DNA of 33,053 bases from a virus (IMGVR_UViG_3300048599_000810:1-33053); one strand, 5' to 3'; shown: positions 1-9,302, counted from the stretch's first letter. Numbers and translations are program-made. Notes: generated from the letters alone by a model not told the origin.

Positions 1-1560
1 ATGAGTACGTTCTCGATGCCATCCCGCAGGTGCGCAAGCGGCGAGCAGCCCCGCAAGAACCCGGTCATCCGCTGCGCCATTTACACCCGCAAGAGCAGCG
101 AGGAGGGCTTGGAACAGGAGTTCAACTCGCTCGACGCCCAGCGTGAAAGCGGCGAGGCGTACATCGCCAGCCAGAAGGCCGAGGGGTGGGTCTGCCTGCC
201 AGACAAGTACGACGACGGCGGCTACACGGGCGGCAACATGGAACGCCCCGCGGTGCAGCGCCTTATGGCCGACATTGATGCGGGCAAGGTGGACTGCGTG
301 GTGGTCTACAAAGTGGACCGTCTCAGCAGGTCGCTTATGGACTTTGCCCGCATGATGGAGGTCTTCGACCGCAAGAAGGTTTCGTTCGTCTCGGTCACGC
401 AGCAGTTCAACACAACGCACTCGATGGGCCGCCTGACGCTGAACATCCTGCTCTCGTTCGCCCAGTTCGAGCGGGAGATCATCTCCGAGCGCACCCGCGA
501 CAAGATCGCGGCCACCCGCCGCAAGGGCAAGTGGTTCGGCGGCAAGCCCATCCTCGGGTACGACGTTGTGGCCGGGAAGCTCGTCGTCAACCGCGACGAG
601 GCGTTCCGCGTGCGCGAGATCTTCGCGATCTACGTCGACACCCGCTCGGTGCGCCAGACCACGCTGGAGGCGGTGCGGCGGGGATGGACCACCAAGGGCT
701 GGACGCAGAAGGACGGCAAGCGCGTCGGCGGGCTTCCGCTCACCAACCCCTACGTGCACCGCATCCTCACCAGCGTGTCGTACCTGGGCAAGGTGCAGCA
801 CCACGACCAGATCTACGACGGCGAGCAGGAGGCCATCATCGATCCGGCGCTGTGGAAGCGGGCCGCCGCGATCCTGGAAGCCAACGGGCGCGACAAGGGC
901 AGCGATGTCCGCAACGTTCACAGCGGCCTGCTCAAGGGGCTTGTTCGCTGCTGCAACTGCGACAAGCCGATGGCGCACACGTTCACGACCAAGTCCGGCA
1001 AGCGGACCTACCGCTACTACGTCTGCCACGTCGCCCAGAGCAGCGGCTACCACGCATGCCCGTCCAAATCCGTGCCCGCGGAGCAGATCGAGTCGTTCGT
1101 GGTCGACCGGCTCCAGGCGCTCGGCCGCGACCGCGAACTGGTGAGCATGATCTTGGACCGCGCTCGGGCCGAATCTCGCGATGTGCTGGAGCAGCTCAAG
1201 GACCGCAAGACGACGCTCGAGCGCGAACTGCGGTGGCTGGCCAGCGACGAGCGGCGCGCGGGGGCCGCGAGCGACGCCGACCGCCTCGCGGACCTAGCCG
1301 AGCGCCAGCGCCAGATCGCCGAGCAGGTCCGCGAGATCGAGGTCGACATCGAGGAGGCGGCCCGCGACGAACTCCGCCGCGACGAGGTCGACGCCGCGTT
1401 CGCCGAGTTCCGGCCGCTGTGGGACCAGCTCAACACGCGCGAGCGGACCGAGCTTCTTCGATCCGTCATCAAGAGCGTCGAGTTCGACGGCAAGGCCGGC
1501 GAGGTCACGCTGGTCTTCCACCCCGAGATGTCCCGCCTCGCCGAGGAGAACGCGCCATGA
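1..1560 (+). CDS. Large serine recombinase (integrase)
   Basis: Resolvase catalytic motifs CAIYTRKSS and VVYKVDRLSRS, FAQFEREIISER helix, recombinase domain, zinc ribbon (CCNC...YYVC...C) and C-terminal coiled coil. Confidence 0.95.
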   Translation: MSTFSMPSRRCASGEQPRKNPVIRCAIYTRKSSEEGLEQEFNSLDAQRESGEAYIASQKAEGWVCLPDKYDDGGYTGGNMERPAVQRLMADIDAGKVDCVVVYKVDRLSRSLMDFARMMEVFDRKKVSFVSVTQQFNTTHSMGRLTLNILLSFAQFEREIISERTRDKIAATRRKGKWFGGKPILGYDVVAGKLVVNRDEAFRVREIFAIYVDTRSVRQTTLEAVRRGWTTKGWTQKDGKRVGGLPLTNPYVHRILTSVSYLGKVQHHDQIYDGEQEAIIDPALWKRAAAILEANGRDKGSDVRNVHSGLLKGLVRCCNCDKPMAHTFTTKSGKRTYRYYVCHVAQSSGYHACPSKSVPAEQIESFVVDRLQALGRDRELVSMILDRARAESRDVLEQLKDRKTTLERELRWLASDERRAGAASDADRLADLAERQRQIAEQVREIEVDIEEAARDELRRDEVDAAFAEFRPLWDQLNTRERTELLRSVIKSVEFDGKAGEVTLVFHPEMSRLAEENAP

Positions 1561-2033
1561 GCCACGCCGACCGCGCCACGTACAAGGTTCAGTTCGACAA
1601 CGGCCGCACCGCCAACCGGCAGGCGCGAGTAGGGTCGGCACCGGCGCTGCCGCCGCCCGGGCCGGCGCGCGTCCCCCGCGTAGCCAGGCTTATGGCGCTG
1701 GCGATACGGTTTGATGGGCTGGTGCGCTGCGGGCAGGTGAAGGACTTCGCCCAGATCGCGCGGCTCGGGTACGTCACGCGCGGGCGGCTGAGCCAGATCA
1801 TGGACCTGACGAACCTCGCTCCGGACATTCAGGAGGAATTGCTGTTCCTCGAGCCGGCTAAAGCTGGCAAGGACGCGGTCACCGAGCGGCACCTGCGGCC
1901 GATCACCCGGCACACGGAATGGGCCTCCCAGCGGCGGCTCTGGCGGACGCTCATCAAGCGGGAAGAAGCGGTCGCGCCGCCACCCCCATGCGGGGTTGTT
2001 GCCACCCGGTCAAGAGTGGCGAAAGTGCTGTAA
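1557..2033 (+). CDS. Recombinase-associated small HTH-like protein
   Basis: ATGA overlap with the integrase stop. Motif ALAIRFDGLV...AQIARLGYVTRGRLSQIMDLTNLAPDIQEELL resembles proteins found after this recombinase type. Confidence 0.8.
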   Translation: MSHADRATYKVQFDNGRTANRQARVGSAPALPPPGPARVPRVARLMALAIRFDGLVRCGQVKDFAQIARLGYVTRGRLSQIMDLTNLAPDIQEELLFLEPAKAGKDAVTERHLRPITRHTEWASQRRLWRTLIKREEAVAPPPPCGVVATRSRVAKVL

Positions 2034-2172
2034 ATCATGCGTTTTGTGGACCGCCTGAGGTAAACCTGTCGGACCCTGACAAATACCTTTTTTCAGCATG
2101 TTGTTTGGTCTACACTCGGGTTAACCGCCCCGGGTGGAATCCGGGGCTTCCTCGTAGGCGGAGACCGGATTT
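2034..2172 (+). promoter_or_regulatory. AT-rich putative promoter region with GC hairpin
   Basis: AT-rich intergenic stretch, TACACT -10-like hexamer at 2111-2116, stem GCCCCGG/CCGGGGC at 2127-2147, GGAG before ATG 2173. Confidence 0.35.
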
Positions 2173-3339
2173 ATGAGCAGCCTTTCGTTTCGTCGGTTTA
2201 CAAGCGCGTACGCGCTGCGGGAAGTCGACCCCGCCGTCCTGATCGACTTCATGCGGCCGCACGCCGCGTTCCTTGCGGCGAGCGGCGTCATGCTGCCGAC
2301 CGACCCGGCGCACCTCGACATCGAGCGCGTCGAGATCGCCCTGCTGACCAACATCGGCGGTCTCCCGGTCGAGCTGGTGGACGCCCTTTGGCACCTGCAC
2401 GAAATGGCCACGCCGCTCGGCATGGAATCGCTGCTGGCCGCCGCGCAGGTTGCTGGGCTCGCGCTGCCGCTCGACCACCTCTCGCCGGCGGACATCGCGG
2501 CGCGGGTCTGGGTCGAGAACCCCGACCTGGTGCGGCGCTGCCACACCGAGATCTCCGTCTCGCGCCGGCGCTCGTTCGAGACGTTCGTCCCCGCGCCCGG
2601 CGCGACGCTCGCGTGGGCGACACCGGGGCCGGACCGTCTGGCGGCGCTGGAGGGGGGCGTCGTCGCGTGGTACGCGGCCCACCGCCGCGGCCCGGGGGCG
2701 CGGGTGCTCTTCTTCGACCACGGCGACGAGGTGCGTTTCCTTGTGCGTCACGGCGGCCCGTACCGCCGCGAGGGGAGCCTTGACGAGGGCCGGCCCGGGT
2801 GCGTTCGCTACCGCCCGATGGCCCACGGCCTGATCGTCTTCGACCGGCGGACGTGGGAGCTGCGCATCAACGCGGGGACCAAAGGCGAGTCCATCGCCTA
2901 CCGCCAGCTCATCGGCCAGCACATCTTCGGCCGCGCCGACATGTTCCCCGCCGACCCCGACCGCTACGACTTGGAGCCGCTGCGTGCACTCGGCCGACGG
3001 AGTCTGGTCTGCACGCACATCACGGGCCTGGCGTCGGTGCGGCTGGTCGAGCTCACGATGTACGTGGGCGGCCCGTTCCACCGCCGCAAGGTGGAGAGGG
3101 CTGACGACGTGCTGCTGGCGCTCGAGCACGCCCGCGAGTCGATTCCGGACGATGCGCTGCTCAGCGCCGCAACGTTCGAGGTGCGGTTCACCGACGGCCG
3201 CAAGCCCAGGCCGGTCACTATCCGGCATGGCAACAAGGCGACGTACACACGCGACACCGACGCCGATCTCATCGAGGCGTTCCTGCGCGGCGGAGGCTTT
3301 GTGAAGGGAGGCGGCCATGCGCTTGTGGCAGTCGCTTGA
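2173..3339 (+). CDS. Hypothetical prophage protein (388 aa)
   Basis: Long ORF with GC3-biased codons and an RBS; overlaps the next gene. No recognised domain. Confidence 0.8.
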   Translation: MSSLSFRRFTSAYALREVDPAVLIDFMRPHAAFLAASGVMLPTDPAHLDIERVEIALLTNIGGLPVELVDALWHLHEMATPLGMESLLAAAQVAGLALPLDHLSPADIAARVWVENPDLVRRCHTEISVSRRRSFETFVPAPGATLAWATPGPDRLAALEGGVVAWYAAHRRGPGARVLFFDHGDEVRFLVRHGGPYRREGSLDEGRPGCVRYRPMAHGLIVFDRRTWELRINAGTKGESIAYRQLIGQHIFGRADMFPADPDRYDLEPLRALGRRSLVCTHITGLASVRLVELTMYVGGPFHRRKVERADDVLLALEHARESIPDDALLSAATFEVRFTDGRKPRPVTIRHGNKATYTRDTDADLIEAFLRGGGFVKGGGHALVAVA

Positions 3340-4342
3340 GCGGGTGCAGGGCTGGGCCGGCGTGCGGTCGGTCTGGCGCGAGCACATGGGTGACGAGTTG
3401 CAGTTCCTCCAGCCGTTGTTGCGGCCAATGGAGGAACTCGCCATGTCGGTGCCGTGGCCCGGCACGATCGAGGGCCGCCAGGTGGTGGTCCACGACGAGG
3501 ACGACATCGTCGCGGTCGATCCCGAGACGTGCGAATCCGCGCCGATTCGGCGCGACGACATCGTGCTGTGGCAGCTCGATGCGGACACGCTCTTCCGGGG
3601 CGTGGCGGCGGCGCTGGGCCTCGCGGGCACTCCCTCGTCGGTCGGCATGGGCAACCGCCTGTGGTGGCTGGGCGACTACGTGCCCGTCGAGGGCGAGCGG
3701 TTCCCGGTGTACCTCGCGACAACCCGGGACGCGCAGACGCTGCTCCGCAGCGCCGGTCACATCTCGGCGCTCTCGCAGCGGCCGTTTGTGCTTGTCACGC
3801 CTACGCGGGCCGGCGCAAGCGAAGAGCTCAACCGCGTGGTGGAGGGACGGTCGTCGACGTGGATCACGCTCGCCGAGACGCTCTCGTGGCAAGGCGAGGG
3901 AGTGTTCGAGCCCAAGCAATTGCTCGCGGACTCGCTTGGCGGATTTACCGCCCGCCACGTCAAGGTTGCCGCCGTGCGTTCCGAATCGCCGAGGTTCGCA
4001 ACGCCCGCGGGGGCGCGGTGGTCGGATGTGCGGATCCGATTCACCGATGCGCACACGGTGTCCGTGACCGTCAAAACTCAGACCGGGGTCTTTGATTTCG
4101 CCTCGATGGGCATGGGCGTGGCCAGGACACGCAAGCCCGACGTCCAGTGGGCCTTGCTCTACGCGTTCGCCAAGGGGCGAGGAACCTTGGACTGGCGGAG
4201 CCCGGAGGCGTCTCCCAAGAACCAGAAGCGCCGCGAGCGGCTCGCCGAGAAGCTCCAGGCCTTCTTCGGCATCTCAGGCGACCCGATCCGGATCGAAGGC
4301 AATGGCTGGGCGACGCTGTTCCGCCTCGAGACCGACCATTGA
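3317..4342 (+). CDS. Hypothetical protein with possible C-terminal winged-helix DNA-binding domain
   Basis: GGGAGG RBS. C-terminal QWALLYAFA...QKRRERLAEKLQAFFG...DPI...GW pattern resembles an OmpR-type wHTH tail. Confidence 0.75.
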   Translation: MRLWQSLERVQGWAGVRSVWREHMGDELQFLQPLLRPMEELAMSVPWPGTIEGRQVVVHDEDDIVAVDPETCESAPIRRDDIVLWQLDADTLFRGVAAALGLAGTPSSVGMGNRLWWLGDYVPVEGERFPVYLATTRDAQTLLRSAGHISALSQRPFVLVTPTRAGASEELNRVVEGRSSTWITLAETLSWQGEGVFEPKQLLADSLGGFTARHVKVAAVRSESPRFATPAGARWSDVRIRFTDAHTVSVTVKTQTGVFDFASMGMGVARTRKPDVQWALLYAFAKGRGTLDWRSPEASPKNQKRRERLAEKLQAFFGISGDPIRIEGNGWATLFRLETDH

Positions 4343-4488
4343 CGCCATCGACATGTCGATGAGGGCGAATCGGATTTCTCAAAGTTCTTTGGTGGCATGC
4401 ACGGTGCGCAACCCGCTGGATTCCAGCGGGTTGCTTCGCTTTTGGGGCTGCCCCTCGGCCTGAATCTGCGGCCGCCATCGACAAGTCG
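4343..4488. promoter_or_regulatory. Pair of operator-like sites
   Basis: Perfect palindrome CATCGACATGTCGATG at 4346-4361. CGCCATCGACATGTCG (4343-4358) recurs with 15/16 identity at 4473-4488. Confidence 0.5.
4408..4444 (+). terminator. Perfect inverted repeat, intrinsic-terminator-like
   Basis: GCAACCCGCTGGA-T-TCCAGCGGGTTGC (13-bp arms) followed by TTCGCTTTT. Confidence 0.55.
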
Positions 4489-4594
4489 CCAGTTGGGGAC
4501 GACAGGCCCGCATCACCCATCACCGCCCCGGCGAGCACCAAGCCGGACCTGTCGCTCCCCGGGGCCTTCTGGCCATGCCAGGAAGGTCCGGCCC

Positions 4595-5116
4595 ATGTCG
4601 ACTCGCGCCATCGATCCATCCACCCTCAAGTTCGCCAAGTCCCTCGTTCGCATCAAGGCCAGGCAACTCCTCCGCGTCATCCGCGATCCCGCGACGAGCA
4701 GTCAGCAGGACCTGGAGCAGGACCTGCTCCTGGAAGTGGTCGTCCGCTGGCCCGGCTTTGATCCCAATCGCGGCAACGCCGAGGCGTTCGTCGAGAGCGT
4801 CGTCCGCGCCAAGCTCTGCAAGATGCTCCGCGACGCCAAGCGGGCCAAGCGGGTGCAAGGCCCGACCGTCAGCGCCGACGGCGGCGACGCGATCGATCCC
4901 GCCGACGATCTTCGCGTCCTGTGCATCCGCATGGATGTCGAGACTGTCGTTGGCAAGCTCGACGCCGTTAAGCGCAGCGTGTGCGATCAGCTGCTCCGCG
5001 AGTCAGTGAGCGAGGCGGCGCGCCAGCTCCGCACGCCGCGCTCCACACTGGAGTACGCGGTTAACAGCGTGCGCGATCGCTTCGAGAAATCAGATGTTGA
5101 TCAGTATTTCTCGTGA
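4595..5116 (+). CDS. Phage-encoded sigma-70/ECF-like sigma factor
   Basis: Region-2-like DLEQDLLLEV...FDPNRGNAEAFVESVV and region-4-like HTH SVSEAARQLRTPRSTL. Confidence 0.8.
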   Translation: MSTRAIDPSTLKFAKSLVRIKARQLLRVIRDPATSSQQDLEQDLLLEVVVRWPGFDPNRGNAEAFVESVVRAKLCKMLRDAKRAKRVQGPTVSADGGDAIDPADDLRVLCIRMDVETVVGKLDAVKRSVCDQLLRESVSEAARQLRTPRSTLEYAVNSVRDRFEKSDVDQYFS

Positions 5117-5124
5117 ACACGTCC

Positions 5125-5154
5125 CGCGACGGGTTAGGTGCTCTATGGCAGCAC
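5125..5154 (+). promoter_or_regulatory. Conserved motif copy 1, putative phage promoter of the replication operon
   Basis: CGCGACGGGTTAGGTGCTCTATGG (5125-5148) is identical to 18342-18365. Intergenic, just before the gene at 5184. Confidence 0.7.
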
Positions 5155-5183
5155 CGCGTTCCTTGCCGCCCTCGGAGATCACC

Positions 5184-5516
5184 ATGAACACCACGCCCCG
5201 CACTGTCTACCGATTCGAGTTCGTGCACCGCGTCGACATCGACGAAGTCGAGCAGACCCTCGCTTTGTCCATCCTGGCCGTCGGGTGCCTGCAGGGCGAG
5301 GCCGCCGTTCGCCTCGACGCGGGCTACGCCATCGACCGAGACCGCCGTGTGATCGTCGTCGACGGCGACACGGAGACCGGGCGGGCGGTGACCCGTGTCT
5401 TCACCGGCTTCTGCATCCACGAGTACGGCGACGACGCCTTCAGCGTGCGCAGACCCGGCGACAAGAGCCCACGCGGCGGTGCTGCCGCCCAAGTCCCTGT
5501 GAGCGCGGTGGCGTGA
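5184..5516 (+). CDS. Hypothetical phage protein (110 aa)
   Basis: GGAG RBS and ATG 5184; plausible coding sequence (VYRFEF...EAAVRLDAGY...EYGDDAFSV). Confidence 0.8.
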   Translation: MNTTPRTVYRFEFVHRVDIDEVEQTLALSILAVGCLQGEAAVRLDAGYAIDRDRRVIVVDGDTETGRAVTRVFTGFCIHEYGDDAFSVRRPGDKSPRGGAAAQVPVSAVA

Positions 5517-5635
5517 GCCGCCGCACAAGCACCATCTCCTCCGACCTGCCGCTCGTGCGGCTTGGCCAGGGCGCGTACACCCGCGACATCTGGCCCGAAG
5601 ACCTCGACCCCTCAATCCCCAAGCACGGAGTTCGC

Positions 5636-6451
5636 ATGCCCGCAACCGCAACCCCCCACACCCTCATGAACCAGATCAGCAAGGGCCGCAAGGCCCAGCC
5701 CCGCCGCGTCATGCTCTACGGCACGCACGGCATCGGCAAGAGCACGTTCGGCGCGATGGCCGAGTCACCCATCTTCGTGCCTACCGAGGACGGGCTGGCC
5801 GACATCGACTGCGAGTCGTTCCCTCTGGCCAAGAGCCTCGGCGACGTGATGGCGGCGCTGGAGTCGCTGTACTCCAGCGACCACAAGTACAAGAGCGTCG
5901 TCATCGACAGCCTCGACTGGCTCGAGCGCCTGATCTGGGCCGAGGTGTGCGCCGACGAGAGCGTCGAGAACATCGAGAAGATCGGGTACGCCAAGGGGTA
6001 CACCTTCGCCGTCGACAAGTGGCGGATGGTGCTCGGGGCGCTCGACGCCCTCCGCAGCGATCGCGGCATGACGATCGTGCTGATCGCGCACGCCAAGATC
6101 GAGAAGTTCGAGAACCCCGAGACCGTGCCGTACGACCGCTACTCGCCGCGCCTGCACAAGCTGGCCAGCGCGCTGGTGCAGGAATGGGCCGACGAGGTGC
6201 TCTTCGCCACGTACAAGGTCCACACCGTCAAGGTGGCCGAGGGGTTCAACCAGGCCAAGCACAACGGCATCGGCACCGGCGAGCGGATCATCCGCACCGT
6301 CGAGCGCCCGGCCCACGTCGCCAAGAACCGCCTGGGTCTGCCCGACGAGTTGCCTCTCGACTACCGCGTGTACGGCGCGTTCGCCCGTGGCGAGAACCCC
6401 TTCGCGGAGGCGGCCACCGCTGCGCCGGCATCCGATGCCGCCACCGCCTGA
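5636..6451 (+). CDS. AAA_24 family ATPase (Sak4-like recombination protein)
   Basis: Walker A YGTHGIGKS, Walker B VVIDSLDWLE, AKNR motif; followed by an SSB-like gene. Confidence 0.88.
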   Translation: MPATATPHTLMNQISKGRKAQPRRVMLYGTHGIGKSTFGAMAESPIFVPTEDGLADIDCESFPLAKSLGDVMAALESLYSSDHKYKSVVIDSLDWLERLIWAEVCADESVENIEKIGYAKGYTFAVDKWRMVLGALDALRSDRGMTIVLIAHAKIEKFENPETVPYDRYSPRLHKLASALVQEWADEVLFATYKVHTVKVAEGFNQAKHNGIGTGERIIRTVERPAHVAKNRLGLPDELPLDYRVYGAFARGENPFAEAATAAPASDAATA

Positions 6452-6503
6452 TCCCCATCCATCGCACACCCCCTCTCGCACCCCTGCACAAGGAACCTGA
6501 CCT

Positions 6504-6965
6504 ATGGCCAATCTGAACAACTTTGACGCTTCGCAGGTCGACCCGTCCGTCGCGCTCGACCCACTCCCCGCGGGCAAGTATGTCGCCGTCATCTCGGAGT
6601 CGGAGCTCAAGCCGACGAAGACCGGCGTCGGCAAGTACCTCCAGCTGACCTTCCAGATCATCGACGGCGAGTACAAGGGCCGTCTGGTCTGGGCGCGGCT
6701 GAACCTCGAGAACAAGAGCGAGATGACCGTCAAGATCGCCCGCGGAGAACTCTCGGCGATCTGCCGCGCTCTCGGGGTCATGCAGCCCAAGGACTCGGTC
6801 GAGCTCCACAACGTCCCGCTGGAGATCAACGTCGGGCTGAAGAAGCGCGACGACAACGGCGAGTTCACCAACGTCATCAAGGGCTACGGCAAGAAGGGCG
6901 GCTCGCCGGCACCACGCCCAACCGCTAGCGCCGGCCCGGGGAGCACGCCGCCCTGGAAGCGCTAA
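6504..6965 (+). CDS. DUF669 family protein (SSB-like)
   Basis: PLPAGKY...YLQLTFQIIDGEYKGRLVW pattern, PPWKR tail, position after the AAA_24 gene. Confidence 0.85.
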   Translation: MANLNNFDASQVDPSVALDPLPAGKYVAVISESELKPTKTGVGKYLQLTFQIIDGEYKGRLVWARLNLENKSEMTVKIARGELSAICRALGVMQPKDSVELHNVPLEINVGLKKRDDNGEFTNVIKGYGKKGGSPAPRPTASAGPGSTPPWKR

Positions 6966-7333
6966 CCCCATCAACTCCACCCGGTCGCGTCCTTGAGCTC
7001 CCGTACCCGCCCAGCGTGAACCACATCTGGCGGCGGATGGGCTCAAGGACCGTGCTGAGCCGCGAGGGGCGGCGCTATCGCGCACGCGTGTGCGCCGCCC
7101 TCGCGGGGATGCGGGTGGTGCGGATGAACGGGCGGCTGCAAGTGCGTGTCACCGTCTGCCCGCCCGACCACCGCCGGCGCGACCTGGACAACGTGCAGAA
7201 GGCTCTGCTCGACGCGCTGGCTAAGGGTGGCGCGTACCGCGACGACTCGCAGATTGATCGACTGTTCATTGAACGTGGCCCGGTGACGCCGGGCGGCAAG
7301 GTGCTCGTGGAACTCGCAGAGATCTCCGCATGA
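6953..7333 (+). CDS. rusA: RusA family Holliday junction resolvase (start uncertain, CTG proposed)
   Basis: LELPYPPSVNHIWR N-terminal motif and catalytic RRDLDNVQKALLDAL...DDSQI. Confidence 0.85.
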   Translation: MEALTPSTPPGRVLELPYPPSVNHIWRRMGSRTVLSREGRRYRARVCAALAGMRVVRMNGRLQVRVTVCPPDHRRRDLDNVQKALLDALAKGGAYRDDSQIDRLFIERGPVTPGGKVLVELAEISA

Positions 7334-7611
7334 ACGTCCCCTGTCCAGCCTGCGGCAGTACTCAGCCCCGCCGAGGGTTCTGCTGTGAATCGTGCCACGC
7401 CTCATACATGTCCGAGCAGCGGCACCAGTGGAATCAGCCCGCAACCGGGAAGTCCCGCCAGAGCGAGGAGGCCGTGTACGAGCGGATGCCGGCGTTCGGC
7501 TGGTCATCGTCAACGTCGCGCCCCGCACGCCCGGACCCGTGTTGGGAGACGGACGAGCAGATTGGCTCGTGGTCCCGCTGTGTGCGGGCTCTTGAGGAGG
7601 GACTGGACTGA
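7330..7611 (+). CDS. Small Cys-rich (zinc-finger-like) hypothetical protein
   Basis: CPAC...CCESC; coupled by ATGA upstream and TGATG downstream. Confidence 0.6.
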   Translation: MNVPCPACGSTQPRRGFCCESCHASYMSEQRHQWNQPATGKSRQSEEAVYERMPAFGWSSSTSRPARPDPCWETDEQIGSWSRCVRALEEGLD

Positions 7612-9302
7612 TGCAGTTGAGGCCCTACCAATCCGAAGCCATCGCCGCGGTGTACGAGCACCTGCGGACCCGCGACGACAACCCGTGCGTGGTGATTCCC
7701 ACGGGCGGAGGCAAGACGCCCGTGATTGCGACGATTTGCCGCGACGCCGTCGGCCACTGGGGCGGCCGCGTGGTGCTGCTGGCGCACGTGAAGGAACTCC
7801 TCGAGCAGGCGGCCGACAAGCTCCGCGTCATCGCGCCCGACGTGCCGATGGGCATCTACTCGGCGGGGCTGAAACGCAAAGACCTCGGCTACGCCGTCAC
7901 GATCGCGGGCATCCAGAGCATCTGGAAGAAGGCCTGCGATCTTGGCCCAGTGGATCTGATCATCGTCGATGAGGCCCACATGGTCCCCGCCGAGGACGAC
8001 GGGATGTACCGGCAGTTCATCGCCGACTCCAAGGTGGTCAATCCGAACGTTCGCATCATCGGGCTGACCGCGACGCCGTACCGCATGAAGTCCGGCTCGA
8101 TCTGCGCCGCCGAGAACATCCTCAACCACGTCTGCTACGAGGTCGGCGTCCGCGAGCTGATCGTGCAGGGCTTCCTGTCGCCGCTCAAGACCAAGGCCGG
8201 GCTCCAGAAGATCAGTACCGACGACCTGCACGTCCGCGCCGGCGAGTTCGTGGCCAGCGAGGTCGAGGACCTCATGGACAAGGAGGGGCTCGTCGAAGGT
8301 GCGTGCGCGGAGATCGCCGCCCATACCAAGGACCGCAGCGCCACGCTGATCTTCTCGTCAGGCATCCGCCACGGGCAGCACATCGTCGATGTGCTCAAGG
8401 CCAAGCACGGCGTCGAGTGCGGCTTCGTCACGGGCGACACCCCGGACGGCGTCCGCAGTGCGATCCTGAACCGCTTCCGCGCTGGCGAACTCAAGTACCT
8501 CTGCAACGTCAACGTGCTCACCACCGGCTTCGATGCCCCGCACATCGACTGCGTGGCGCTCGTGCGTCCGACGATGTCGCCGGGCCTGTACTACCAGATG
8601 GTGGGCAGGGGCTTCCGGCTTCATCCGGGCAAGGCCGACTGCCTCGTGCTGGACTTCGGCGGCAACGTGCTTCGGCACGGACCCGTCGACGCGATCCGCA
8701 TCTCTACTGATGATCGTGGCGACGGCGAAGCGCCCGCCAAGGAGTGCCCGAACTGTCAGGCGCTCATCGCGGCGGGATACCAGACGTGCCCGCAGTGCGG
8801 TCATGTTTTCCCTGAGCCCAACAAGCAGCAGCACGAAGCGAAGGCCAGCACCGAGGGCATCCTGAGCGGCCAGACCTCACGCGAGGATCACCAGGTCAGC
8901 GAGACCACGTACCACGTGCACTACAAGCGGCACGACCCGTCCGCGCCGCTGACGATGCGCGTTGAGTACCGCGTCGGCTTCAACCGCTTCTTCCGCGAGT
9001 GGGTCTGCTTCGACCACACCGGTTACGCGCGCACGAAGGCGGAGGCCTGGTGGCGGGCCCGCTCCGTCGAGCCGGTGCCCGGCGGCACGGAGGAAGCGGT
9101 TGATATGGCCAAGGCTGGGGCGCTCGCGCCGACGCTCTCCATCACCGTCGAGAAGAAGGCCGGCGACCAGTTCGAGCGTGTCACGCAGCATGTTCTCGGC
9201 AACAAGCCGCCGCGCCTGGATAGCGACGAGGGCCTGCCGGCGCGGCCGCCGGAGCCCGCGGGCATGACGTACGGCATCCCCGAAGACGAGATCCCCTTCT
9301 GA
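7611..9302 (+). CDS. SF2 DEAH helicase (RadD/YejH-like) with zinc finger
   Basis: LRPYQ, PTGGGKT, DEAH, TATP, QMVGRGFR, and CPNC...CPQC. Confidence 0.93.
   Translation: MQLRPYQSEAIAAVYEHLRTRDDNPCVVIPTGGGKTPVIATICRDAVGHWGGRVVLLAHVKELLEQAADKLRVIAPDVPMGIYSAGLKRKDLGYAVTIAGIQSIWKKACDLGPVDLIIVDEAHMVPAEDDGMYRQFIADSKVVNPNVRIIGLTATPYRMKSGSICAAENILNHVCYEVGVRELIVQGFLSPLKTKAGLQKISTDDLHVRAGEFVASEVEDLMDKEGLVEGACAEIAAHTKDRSATLIFSSGIRHGQHIVDVLKAKHGVECGFVTGDTPDGVRSAILNRFRAGELKYLCNVNVLTTGFDAPHIDCVALVRPTMSPGLYYQMVGRGFRLHPGKADCLVLDFGGNVLRHGPVDAIRISTDDRGDGEAPAKECPNCQALIAAGYQTCPQCGHVFPEPNKQQHEAKASTEGILSGQTSREDHQVSETTYHVHYKRHDPSAPLTMRVEYRVGFNRFFREWVCFDHTGYARTKAEAWWRARSVEPVPGGTEEAVDMAKAGALAPTLSITVEKKAGDQFERVTQHVLGNKPPRLDSDEGLPARPPEPAGMTYGIPEDEIPF

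Noticed and set aside
531-1556. Upstream part of the 500-aa ORF 531-2033
   Set aside because: Arg/Pro-rich off-frame overlap of the integrase; the credible gene starts at ATG 1557.
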